Assembly: GCF_000711695.1 (NCBI RefSeq)
Contig: NW_013547017.1
Span: 124,001-188,000 of the forward strand
Source: Tilletiaria anomala UBC 951
Lineage: Eukaryota
Length of the DNA stretch: 64,000 nucleotides
Direction: 5' to 3'
Shown here in pieces: positions 24,608 to 36,439 of this stretch. How positions within the stretch are numbered: position 1 is the stretch's first letter; each line of letters opens with the position of its first letter. Below the pieces are notes generated by a model, which worked only from the letters and a program-made list of their open reading frames with translations, was not told the DNA's origin and did no database searches. Made by a program: the position numbers and the translations under genes.

Positions 24608-25313
24608 TTTATTCGATCATGGTGGACTGGCGCCTGTTTGACTCGGCACTCAGCGCAGCTCTCGGCGCTTGCCATGCCATGTCCTCTGCCAATACATAAC
24701 TGGACTCTATGTGCAACGTCCCTTTCTGCTCTCCTGGCGAAACGTTGGAAAAGGAGAGGAGTGAAGCCAGGTGTTGTTGGTTGTGCTTGCCAGTTGCAAC
24801 GCAATACGGGGCAAGGACTTGAAGGTATCTTCACTCTCCAGGCACCGATTGACGGATATTGTCACACCCTTTCTCCTGCGTATTGCGTGAGATAGTGCTT
24901 GACCAGCGCTGCGTCGTTCACCAAGCGACGACCCGTCTCATCCTCATCGAAAGCCACCCCGCGTCATCCCTAACATTGATCCAGGGATCTTCCGCGCTGC
25001 TGGCCCTTTGTAGTCGTGCACCTCCTGCGCGGTCGTGCCTGGCAGCCTGACGATCTAAGCTAGCTCATCGGCAGTCTACTCTCGCTTTTCCACTATAGGC
25101 AGATAGTTAGGTCCAAGTACTTGGTCCTCAACTCCTTTCGTTTGCCTGTTCAGCATCTCTCCCCAATAAAACTCTTCTTTCTGGTGTCACACAAAAACGA
25201 TGCATTTTTACTTTGTTGGTCCAACTCAACCTCGCGCTCATATCAGGGACGTACATTGTCCATGTGCAATTATAGCTAACATTTCGCACACTGGCAGTGT
25301 TTCTCTTCAGAAA

Positions 25314-27301
25314 TCAGGAAGGGGACGGTGACCTCAACGACAACGCTGCTGCTGGAGACATCACAGAGTTGTGCTGTCGCTGTGTGTCTGTGCCGCCTCT
25401 CATCGGCGTTACAAACGGCGACGCCACCTGTCGGCGGTGCGTGGGTGACACGCCTGTCGGAAATGAGCTCTGTGGCGGCTGCAAACCCAGAGGCGCATCA
25501 AGCTGTTGAATTGCTTGCCCATGGCCGCACCGCGTTGTCGATTCCGGCGAGGCCACCACCATCCAGTTTGCGCCAATAGCAGGGAAGCAATCCAAACTTG
25601 CAGCCTCTTGCGGCGGTGGCCGAAGACCAAAGCCATTCACTGGAGATGTAAACGCACGTCGATGGGGGTGGGTGTAAGGGGAAGGATGGGCCAAAAGTGG
25701 CTGTTGTTGTCGAGCCTCCCGTCTGTCAAGCAGGTTGATGGCAACCTGCAGCTCGGCTTGGTAGGTTGACATCTGCGCCTTCAGTTGATGTCTTTCACTC
25801 CCAGCATTGTCCAAGGGTTCCTGTTTTGGCAGCTCCTCAACCCGTAGCAGTTGCTGCCGTCGCTTGCACCGCTCTCGCTGATGCGACTGCAATGTATCCC
25901 TGCTGATGGGAGCCCCGCCCGTGCGAAAACGTCGGCGAGCACTGCGAGGCGGCTTCGAAGGGTTCAAACCAATGTCGGTCGAAGCTGAAAGCTGCGCCGG
26001 CTGTAGGAGCGCAGCGACGCGTGCATATCCCTGCTCATCATCAGCTGCACCTCCCCCGAATCGCGTGTCAGTGCTGAGCACTGCGTCTGCGCTGTCCTTA
26101 GGCTTGGTCGGCGCTTCTACTGTGGCTTTGCGCTCCAGAACCAAGTCACCGTAGCCTGACTGGCCAGGCGTGATGCACTCTGAGGGGAAGGACGGTCCGA
26201 AGATGGGTACGAGCAGGTGTCGTATCGGGAATGTGCATCGACGCGCCAGAGCTTTTGCGATATCTATTGGCAATTACGACAAGTCCAGTCACACACTGTC
26301 AGATACTTGCTATGCGGAATAAAATCTCTTCATCTGGAAATCGGTTTTGGCACCCACTGTAAGGCACCCAACTTCCCTGGATCTTCAATGTGCCACCACG
26401 GATCTTGCGGACGACTGCGTCGAGCTCTGGATAGATTTCGACGAGGCGCACAATCTCGTCTGGACAGGCAACAGGTCAAGGCGCGAGAGCTGTCAGCACA
26501 CGCAACCAAGTGAGAGACCAAGAAATAGAAATTACTTTTGGTATTGCTGACGGCGCGCCAGATGCCGGTGAAGTGCACGTAGCTATTCTCTGCATCGATC
26601 ATGAACAGCTTGTCTTCTGCAACGTACTCATATACGGGAAGATATCCGCGTGGATCCATGCTCGTATTGTAACGCTTGTACTCGAAGGGATAACCCGAGG
26701 TTTCGAGCAGCTTGGGAGGGCCGATGGCACTGTGTTTGAAGTCTTGTACCAGCTGATGCATCGTCGGGCCTCTGCTGGTGCTGCTGCGACTGTTGGTAAC
26801 AACCCCAGTCCTCGGATTCGCTCGGATTGCAATCTCGCTCTCCTGTACAGAGGCCGCCGGGAGTGATGAAGATGCTGAAGTTTGCCTAACCCGCCATTCT
26901 TGTTGATCTTGCGTTGGCTCTCTCCTCTGCGGACGCCCAGGCCTGCGTGTTGCCGACATCGATCGGTCTTGGGTGATTTCGTCCGCTTTAACTGGCGCGT
27001 CGACCAGTGCCGCTGCACCGCCCGAGGTGTCGAGCTTGAGGCCGCCTGGACCACAACCCACGTCTTTGCGGTTCAGCGTATAGTCCGTGCGGATGCGAAG
27101 CGCCCGACGGGAGCCTTCATTGTACTTGCTACAATCTGTCGAGCGTTGCTGCTGCAATGATACGAGCTCCGGCCGATGCAGCTCTTTTGCAACCCAATGG
27201 TCCGTCTTGAAGCTTGTCATAGCGGTTGCTGCCAGTTCTCCCTTGTGCCACCTATGCTGTTGCATGCTGAAGAGCCACTCCAAGTTGCATGTCGAGAGCA
27301 T
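25314..27301 (-). CDS. APSES/KilA-N DNA-binding transcription factor
   Basis: SMDPRGYLPVYEY...FMIDAENSYVHFTGIWRAVSNTK|NEIVRLV..KIRGGTLKIQGSWVPY|NIAKALARRCTFPIRHLLVPIFGPSFPSEC, using introns 26535-26460 and 26357-26264. Start codon uncertain. Confidence 0.85.
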
Positions 27302-28474
27302 CTCCAAACGAAATGCTTATATATCGTCTCAGGAAGGAAAGTTCCAGATGAGACGCTGCTGGCTTTCTCAGTGCAGTACACACACAACAGTGTGGCAGAG
27401 AATATCGAATCCGGATCTGGGCAGACGCTGTCACTCAGCAAAGCACTGCTGTCCCCCTTCCTTTTGCGAGCGCTGTCCCCGCGATGCAGATGCTGGACAG
27501 CTGGCCTGAGCGCTGTGGCTCATCGATCAGTTGAAGAATTATGGGGCGACAGAGAGCATGGGGCAGAGACGAGAGCGCTCGGGCCTGCATCAGAAGATCA
27601 AATGTTGCATTCCGCCTTGCTCGCTCAGCTGCGTGATGACCAAGCTTTCTTTATCAGTATAGGGAGAAACAAAGCAGCGGTCTGCGGGGCATCGCCGTCT
27701 CGTCCAGCAAAGAACACCATCTGTCCTCATCTGGCGGCTGCAGATTCTGCTTTGTCGTATCGGTGCTCGAGGAACAGAGCAGCTCATCATCTGCATGATG
27801 CCCTAATCGATGCGCAAAGCGTCTGCGAAACATGAAAGTGCCGGATCCCTTGTTTATGATTTGAAAGGGATGAACTATTCCTCGTACCTTTCGCCTTTCG
27901 GCCGGCGGCAAGATGCTTTCTTTGGCGGGTGCATCGATCCTGGAGGCGTCAATCAAGCGAGGATATTGTAAGTGGGCAGGGCGCTTGCGTAGAGAAAGGG
28001 CCACTAAGGCGATGATGGAAAGATTACTCGTCAACGTCACCTTTGAGGGGACGGAGCGATATTGTCTAAGGCGGTGTGTTGCCAGCCGGAGCGGCAGGTC
28101 AAACACGAAAGTGTTAGTAATTTGAATGTCGGAGCCAGTAGTTCTTTAATAGCACCGCGTTTTGTCAATTTTCCAGGTGGTTAGGGGAGAGCATCTTTCA
28201 GTGACGCTGCGTGGTGGCCGGAAGTGCCCACTAAACAAGAAATTGAACGTGGCAGTGGGATCATGATTATAGCAAGCGGTGGCAGCATCTCGTGTCATCC
28301 TTGCATGTTGTGCGACGCTTGGTGCATGGTTTTGATCAGTGCACACATCGAATCAGAGTCCACTGAGGTCCCGAGAGGCACTACAAACACATCCGATTGC
28401 TGCATTGCTGTTGTGTGCGTGAGAATGAATGACTGAATGAACGTCGCCCTTAGGAAGAGCAGGGGAGCGTCATC

Positions 28475-30063
28475 TCAATATCGTGGACGTTTCGCCGGTG
28501 GTGCATCAAAGCCACCACGTCCGCCATAGCCGACTCAATAGTGGAGCGCAAAGGTTAGATATGTCAGCATCAAAATCTCAGGGGAGCGAGCATTTCGGCA
28601 AACATCACCCACCTCCACCACCTCCAAAGCCACCCATTGGCGGGAATCTGAGCGTGGAGTAGATGATTCAATGGTCAGTTGCCCGATTGCAGTCCGAAAT
28701 GGGAAGAGTCCAAGTAACTCACGCCCCACCAGGCGGCCCATACCCTCCACCTTGTGGGGGGCCTCCATAGCCCCCTCCTCCACCTCCACCAGGCGGGCCG
28801 TTGAAGCCTGCGCTGAAACCTCCTCTGCCGCCTCCATATCCGCCGCCGCTACCTCCCGGTGGGCCAGCATAACCTCCTCGCCCTGGTCCACCTGGCCCGC
28901 CGAACCCTCCGCGCGGAGCGAAACCGCCTCCTCTTCCTCCCATCCCGCCTCGGAAGCCGCCTCCACCTCTGAAGCCGCCTCGGAAACCACCACGGAAGCC
29001 TCCTGCACGTACGGTAGAAGATGTGTATGTAGTCCCATCAGTCAGTGCAAGGACGCCAGAAACTGTCTCGTGTCATTATGATCGACGCACCTCCCATGAA
29101 AGGCTCCGGCTCGACAGGTTTTTTTGGTTTGCGCGCACTTCCGCCTAGTCCGCCTCCTAGTCGCATGGGTTTCCACCCTGTGACAGTCCTTCCCCGCTCA
29201 ACATCGACGAGTATCCGTCTCCCTCGAAGCTTCATCCCTTCTGCCGATTTGTACGCGGCTGCGAGGGCCAACGCAAGGGCAAAAGGAGGAGATAACGGGG
29301 GAAAGGACGAGGTGAGGGGGTTCAGCATATGAGTCCCTGCGAGTCATCTAGAACAGCTGTTATGTCACACACCTCGCATGTCCTTCTCTCGCTCATACAC
29401 AATGAAAGCGTATCCTCTGCTCTTGCCCTCTTGGTCTGTCACGAGCCTTACGACTTCAATTGGCCCATACCGATCAAATTCTTTCCGCAAGTCGTCTTCG
29501 GCGACCTCATAAGACTGGAACCCAAAAAGTGCATGGTCAGCAGCAATCAGATATGTATGAGATGCAAAGTGCGATAGCTGGACGCACAAGTCGACCGATG
29601 AAAAGGGTCTTGAAAGGATCACCAGTCGTGTGCGCATCTTCTTTGGGATTATCTGAAAGGCGTAGGGGGAGCCAGGTGCATCGCGCAGGTTAGGCAAATG
29701 TGCCTACCAGAAGCAAATCAATGAACGCCTTTGTGAAACGAAAGACTCACAAGTGTCAAGCCCACGCTTCTTTTCCTCCTCCACCTGCTTCTTCTTCTCT
29801 TCCCGCCTGATCTCTCGCTTGGTCTGCTCCGTAAGGGAGAACTTCATATCTGCATCCGCGTCTGTCGCCTCTCCGCGGTCCGCAGCTTCCTGCTTGACTC
29901 TCTCGAGGACTTCTGATACCCCCGTGAGCTTGCGTGCCTTTTTGGGGTTTGCATTCTCAGGCTTTGCCATGGGATTCTTGTCATAGTGCAATGGCGTCAC
30001 ATAGTCCACCGGCGGTCGTGGCGTGAAGAGCCGCTGTAGATTCGGCGGCAGCATGTGCGTCAT
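28475..30063 (-). CDS. SNP1: U1 snRNP 70 kDa protein (U1-70K)
   Basis: [36 protein letters not shown]1 [40 protein letters not shown]-repeat tail ending PAKRPRY*; about 6 introns. Confidence 0.95.
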
Positions 30064-30553
30064 CTTGGCTGAATGAGGCGAGCTGCGCTCTCAACAAGCG
30101 CTGCTGGCTGGTTTTGTTCGGTTTGGCCACGATGGCGTTGCAGATCACAGCTGTTCAAATGAGAAGTGAGAAGACATGTCTGCATGAGCAGCTGGCTGTC
30201 AGGGTGATTTTCTGGCTTATTCGAGGTCGTATTCTCTCTCTTCTGCTCTCTCTTCTTCGGCGGTTTGGCCCCCACCCGCCAAAGGCACGCCTTGCGAAAC
30301 GGCTCGCGCGGCCACGCCTCTCATACTTGTCACCTGCCGCGTGTACATTTAGCAGCTAAGGTCTTCACTCTCACACTTGTATCCATTGAAATGGAAAGCT
30401 CACAGTACACACCAGCAATGTAAGCGACTCTGCACCCATCTACAATCCGAGTCTTGCGAGTATCACGCTTTAGCCTGAATCCCCAAAGCGCATGCTTTAA
30501 GGCCTGGTCTCCGTCCAGTAATTGAATCGGGAGAAGTGATTCAACGTTCAACA

Positions 30554-31094
30554 ATGTCCGCGTCGGGACCAGGAAAACACAAGTCAAAGGCATACAATTC
30601 GAGCGTAGCCATTCAGAGCGACGCAGCCAAGTACAGATCCAAGTACAAGGAGCTCAAGAAGAAGTGCAAGGAGATTGAAGTAGTGCGTGCTAAGCGGCGC
30701 CTGCGTCGTATGCTTCGTCATATTATGTTGACTTCTCGCTACGTCTTGTCGTAGGAAAATGACAGAATGCATGCCAAGACATTGAGGTTGAAGCGCAACA
30801 TTCAACGCATGCGGCTGGAGCGAGCGTGAGTCTCTCAAAAGGCACGTTGCACCCGTAGAGCCCGCTCATGACGGTACTATGTGATGCAGACTGCTGTACG
30901 AAAAGATGGAGGCCGAGATCGCAGCGATAGAGCGGCTAGGCGTCAATCCGGATCAAGCACGAGAACAAGGCGGGTCTTCGTGGGTCTTATCGCAAGCATC
31001 ATTACCGCCAGGCAGGCAGCGATCAGATCATCTTTCGCCAGACGAAGACGCGTTATTGGATGGCCCAGACACACTCAACGGCCGAGGGCACTGA
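30554..31094 (+). CDS. Small INO80-complex subunit-like coiled-coil protein (INO80E/F-type N-terminus)
   Basis: KYRSKYKELKKKCKEIEV|ENDRMHAKTLRLKRNIQRMRLERA|LLYEKM; introns 30683-30754 and 30826-30889. Confidence 0.7.
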
Positions 31095-31233
31095 TTCGAT
31101 CGAAGGCCTGTGATCGCCCAGCAAGTGGTAGTCATGAAGAGCATCTCGGCTTGCAGTACAGCGATTGCGTATTATATGGTACAGTTGACGAATAAGGCTA
31201 CATGGATCATCGTAGAGGGCAGAAGAGCGGGAG

Positions 31234-32451
31234 TCACGAACTTGTCTTCAGTCGCTTCGGTTGAGGCGCTGCCGCTGATCTGGACGGCCCAGAAGCCCTG
31301 GCGTCCGTGAATGGAAGAGTCTTTCGTTCCTTGGCCGCATTCTTCTTTCTCCGTTTCTCCATCGCCTTGCGAAGCTTCCTCTTCGCCGAGCTAGAGCTCT
31401 CTGCGCTCTCCTTCGGCCCGCCCGAGAGCTGCTCGAACTTTTGCTTGAGCAGCAGCTCCTTCTTTTCAGATTTCTTCAGGTAGAAAGGCTGCAAACCCGC
31501 TTTGACACGCTCCTTGTTCTTCTGTTTCTGCTCTTTGTCAACCATTTCCTCGCGTGTGCGGCGCTCGCGCTCGGCCGCCTTGCTTTCGGCTCGGCGTAGA
31601 GCCATCTCTACCCGCTCGCGCTCTTGGCGGATCTGCAGCGCATACTCCGACCTGGCTTTGGGGCCGGCTTGCGTCCGTTCTTTTGCTTTGAGAGAAGACA
31701 GCGTAGAGCGCAAGGTCGTGATTTCTTGTGACATCAAGTCGTTCACAAAGCCATATGACTTGTTGAACAGGTCTTTGTTGAGAGGCCCGGAGGTCAGAGA
31801 GGAGAATCGCGGATCTCGTCGTTGCTGCATGGTGGAATCAAGCCAATAATTAGCGTCCAATGCTGCGGGTAGTGAGAATGTCTGCTTGACTTACCACCTT
31901 TGCTGTCTCAACGACCTCCCTTCGTCGCCCTACTGGCTTGCGCGAACTGACTTCCGTAGGGCTGCAGATAAGCATTAGTCAGGGTCGCAATTACTTCATC
32001 AGGCAGGCCCCGAGAATTGCACCCACGCATGCTTATCACTTCGTTGCCCTAATTCATGTGCTTTTCTTTTCCGTTGAATTGCTTGCTCCCGTAGATCAGA
32101 GCGGCGAGAGATTTCAACCTCCTGATCAACCCCTTCGCGAAGACTACCTATCTTGCCACTCGTCTGGCTGGCGCGGGACAGCTTGCCTCTCGCCTTGAGC
32201 AACGATTCGAAAGGAAGAGCTGCAATACCTACAAAGGTGACAAAGTTCTCAGTAGAAATTTGCACGCAAGACGCATGCAAGCACTAACTTTTCTTTAACT
32301 CAGCCTCTTGCTTTTCTTCCTGAGACTCGAATGAAGATTCGCCATTGTCGCTTGAGCCGTCATCTTCGCCACTCGAGGGAAGGACGTCCTCGTCTGACCC
32401 AATGTACTGGCCAAAAGCGCCGGAGCGCCCGTCTTCCTCCTCGTCCGACAT
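31234..32451 (-). CDS. RRP36: rRNA biogenesis protein Rrp36 (DUF947)
   Basis: Acidic N-terminus, LPFESLLKA, KHA|PTEVSSRKPV, RRDPRFSSL..LFNKSYGFV, PFYLKKSEKK, KAMEKRRKKNAAKERK; three introns. Confidence 0.92.
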
Positions 32452-32651
32452 TCTCTCTTCAATGCTTTTCACACAGAAAAGTCTTTCAACGCGACAAGGG
32501 CTCTTAAACAAACCACGAAGATGTGTCCTATGGCGAAAACCAAAGTCTGGACGTGGGTAGTCGGAGTCAATACCAATCCCGACAACCACTAGATCAGGAA
32601 AGTCTGTTCACGAGACTCTGATCAAGAGCCACGCACCAATTTTTTTTTGAT

Positions 32652-32698
32652 GTCACGTGCTCTGAGTTTCACGTGCTACGCGCCTCAATCAAGCGCGT
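32652..32698. promoter_or_regulatory. Tandem TCACGTGCT E-boxes plus CGCG-type motifs in the RRP36/SPC105 divergent promoter
   Basis: TCACGTGCT at 32653-32661 and 32669-32677; ACGCG at 32678; GCGCGT at 32693; preceded by CCAAT and a T-tract. Confidence 0.5.
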
Positions 32699-32922
32699 TG
32701 ACACTCAACTCAATGCAAGCACCATTACCAAACACATCTGCTTGCTGTCGTGTGGAGATGAGAGACGATCAGTCGAGCATCTATCTTTTGGACACTTCCC
32801 TCCACCTCATGCAAAATCATCAAGCGTACTCTCTTCGTTGGCGCCAACCGCATGGTTGTACTTGCAGGAGAGAAGCACTGGTGCCTTCACATCTGTACAG
32901 CTAACACGAAGAACGCCGCAAG

Positions 32923-35900
32923 ATGAGCTATGAGTCCAGCCCGAGGCGCTCGCCGCGCAGAGCCCGACACTCTATGGCAGCAATGACGTCCAGCGCTTCA
33001 AAAGAGAATACACCAGCTACATCAGCTGGTAGCGTGGCGGGTCGCTTCAGCGATGTTCATAGCAGATTTGATACGAAGGCAAAGTCGAAGATGAGGATGT
33101 CACTGCCTGCAGCGTCCGCAGTGAGCGTCAGCGTCGGCACCTCTCGACGTCAGCTTGCACCGCGCAAGTCAGCCCTCAAAGCGACGCAGCAGGTCTTTCA
33201 GAGCCCCACAGGGCTGGTCGCTAGTCCAATCAACAGGCCGACTCGCGGGCAAACGATGATGATCTACGGGACGAGTCAAATGCCAAATATTGATGACATC
33301 TTCGCCGGATTCAGTCAGGAAGTCGGGGAATCCGAAGTCAAGACTGCGCCAATACAACCAGTATCTCGGGATCGAGAACCTAGCGAATCGCAGAAGCAAG
33401 CAGGTCGTCCACCACAGGCGTCTGAGAGAAAAATGGAAGAGGAAAGCGAAAATGAGCCAAGGCCGAGGAAGCGGAGAGTGACTTTCAGCAGGAGACAAGA
33501 AAAGACGTGAGTGCCTGTTCTGACTTATTCGACTGCTGCGCCGAGACGACTGACCACCTATTGCAGGGACTTCATTTCTGACGAGCCAACGATGAGCATT
33601 CGGCCTGCTAGCGAGTACGAACCCGCCGCGTCTGACACCAGTAACACTCAAAGCAGCGCTGCCCAGGCCCAAGATCAAGAGAGTGAAGACGAGGACGATG
33701 ACAGCGACAGCGACAGCGATTCCGATGTTGAGGAGTACAGGAAAGCCAAGCGGAGGGCCGCCTCAGCGGAAAGCTCTGATATGGACATCATCACAACAGC
33801 GAACCTCACTACGTACACGGGCTATGCTTTCACTGACACGTCTCTGGGCGACGTGGATGATGACACAAGGACCATGGAATTCACTACTCCTTTCGCTGCT
33901 GGAAACCATCGCGATTCGATTGCAGGCGAAGCAATGGATATGGACCTTACAGCTCCATTCGGAGCAAGATCCGGCCGTCAATCCACGGGGAGCGAAACAG
34001 TCGACATGGACCTTGACGAAAGCAGCGCGAGTTTGCATGATGACTCGGTGGAAGGAGCTGGAGGAGACCGGACTCAGACGATGCAGTTCACTGGCGTCTT
34101 CCACAGCATAGGTTGTGACAGCGAGGGAAGCTACCGCACCGAGTCGTCCACTACGGAAGTCCAAGAAGATGCGGAGCGAGAGGAAGGCGAAGCAAGCATG
34201 GAGTTCACCCAGCCCTTCACTAGCGGCAAGGTGGACGAGGGAGGACTGTCTCGCATTTCGGAGGAGGATAGTGCAATGCTAGAAGAAATATCACGACAGT
34301 CTGTCACGATGGATTTCACAAGGCCATTCAATTCGGTCGCTCAAAAACTGCAGCATACCGAAAAGGTCCGTCGGGATACGCAGAAGCATTTCGAGGAACG
34401 AGTCGGTGACACCACGCCCGTCAGAGCACCGCGGACTTCTTCCAGCGGCTCACAAACATCGACGCCCAATCGTATCCGCGACAAGATTCCATTCGGACAC
34501 GCCTCACCAAACTACAAGCACTCACCAGCGCGACGGGTGATGCCCAGTGAAGCAGAAGAGCCGAAGCCTTCCCCTAAGCGCAGCCCACGCAAAGAGATTG
34601 TCGTACCAGCGCAAAGTCGTCAGTCCCTTTCAGCCATTCCTCCGCATGTATTCACGCAGCAACCACGCCACAGTGGAGACAGCTCGCTCGAGTCCGCCAG
34701 CAGCAACTTCTCAGCACGAGTGCTGCCAGACATGCAACTCACTTTGCAGAGCTTCTTGGATGCCATGGGGTTGAAGTTTCAGGATCAGTTGTCCGCGGTT
34801 CGACCCCGTGTCGCTCGCCCGAACGACCTCGACCACGGCCGGCTTGGGCCTAATGTTGTCAGGTGGAGCAAAGTGGCAGCTGGCGGCTCGGTCTTGCTGG
34901 AAAATCTCAGCAGGTCCTGCAAAGAGCTCGAGGGACACATTGAGACAAGCCGCGAGGCCTTGGCAGAGGTTGCGAACCAATTCGACGCGCAACCGCCCGC
35001 CTATGCACGTGATGTCATGTCCTACCCGCCTGAGATGGAAAAAGAGAGGAAGCTGATAGAAGTGAGTGGTTACGTTGCGAAGTGCTTCCTTCGCAGATTC
35101 TCATCCTGCCCATCCGCCGATTCCACAGGCTCAATTCAAGCTTCAAAAGCAGTGCGCTCGCGCCCATTCCGTTGGACAATACTACGGCTGGCGTCTTGAT
35201 AATGAATACGACGAAGACACAGTAAAGCGCCTGCAAGCAAACAGACGACGCCTCGACGAAGATGCGGCAAAGTTGGCTGCCAAGTCATTGAGGCTTCGCG
35301 AAGAATTGCTGCCGGAGCTGAGAGCGCGTCATGCGCAGCTCAAGGCTGAGCTGCAGGCAGAGAAGCTGCACCAGGCAGCTGTCGCGGCCAGCGATCAGGA
35401 AGAGCTCGGCGGCATCCATGCGGCTATCGAAGACCAAATGTGAGCACATGTGTTGGAGTACTAGTGGCTTATGGACTTTCACTGATGAGCATATTCATCC
35501 CACAGGAACATGCTTGAAAGCTTCCGTTCTGAAAACAGAGAAGCATTGGAAACACTGGAACGAGTGCAAGCACGGGTGAATGAACAGCTCGAGCGCAAGC
35601 ACGCTGCCGAGGATGGAATTGCAGCGGCGCGTTCTGCATGCGAGCAAATCAAGGGCTTTACACGGGGCGAAGCTGCTCGCCTTCTGAGTGAGTGCAACAG
35701 AAAAGAAGCAAAACTGTTAAGCGACTGCTGATCGACGTTCCGTGCTTGAATAGGCGAGATCCGGAGCATCGAGCAGGCGCACCTGTGGACCCTCATCTCC
35801 GCCACGGAGACACATATCGCGCTCCTGCACAACAGTGTTATCGACGTCAATCTCAACATCAGCGTTGAAGCGCTTGTTCAGTCTGTGTCAATCACATCCC

Positions 35901-36439
35901 GGGCGTCGTCAGACAGGAACGGTCTATACGCATTCGTCACTGATGCCTTGCAACATTCTTTCAAATGCAGCGGTGTCTTGAAGCCCATGGAAGCCGTGCG
36001 GCGCATCTCCAATGCTTTCACGGCTCAGCGACACTTGCAGGCTGAAGTTGATGCAATGTTATCCTGTTTCCCGACCGAAGTGGCCAAGCTCAGCGATGAG
36101 GGGGTGCAAGTCAAAGCCAGTGTGCTACTGACCAAGAGGAAGGCGAAGCTTAGGGTGCTGGCGCCTTGCAAGCGCGATGCGCTGATCGCCGGCAGCGCCA
36201 TCCTTTTTCTGCCCGAGGAGATCCAGGTTGAGCTGGTCTACGGCTCCGTTGAGTGAGTACAGAGTCGGCTTGCCGAATGTAAAGATGCTCCTGACCGACT
36301 TTTACGCTTGGTATTCTCGTCTCGCGTATTTAGCGCTCCAGCTGTGCAGGCGCAAATTGCAGACATGCTGGGCGCTGCTCCTAGCCTGCGAAGCCTTGCT
36401 CAAGCTTGTGTCAAGTCCATTGCCACGTTTGATGCCTAA
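32923..36439 (+). CDS. SPC105: Kinetochore scaffold Spc105/Spc7/KNL1
   Basis: PP1-docking RKSALK and KRRVTF; MELT-like repeats (MDIIT, MEFT, MDMDLT, MQFT, MEFT, MDFT); Spc7 region LTLQSFLDAMGLKFQD...QFKLQKQCARAHSVGQYYGWR; coiled coil and RWD-like end; about 5 introns. Confidence 0.88.
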
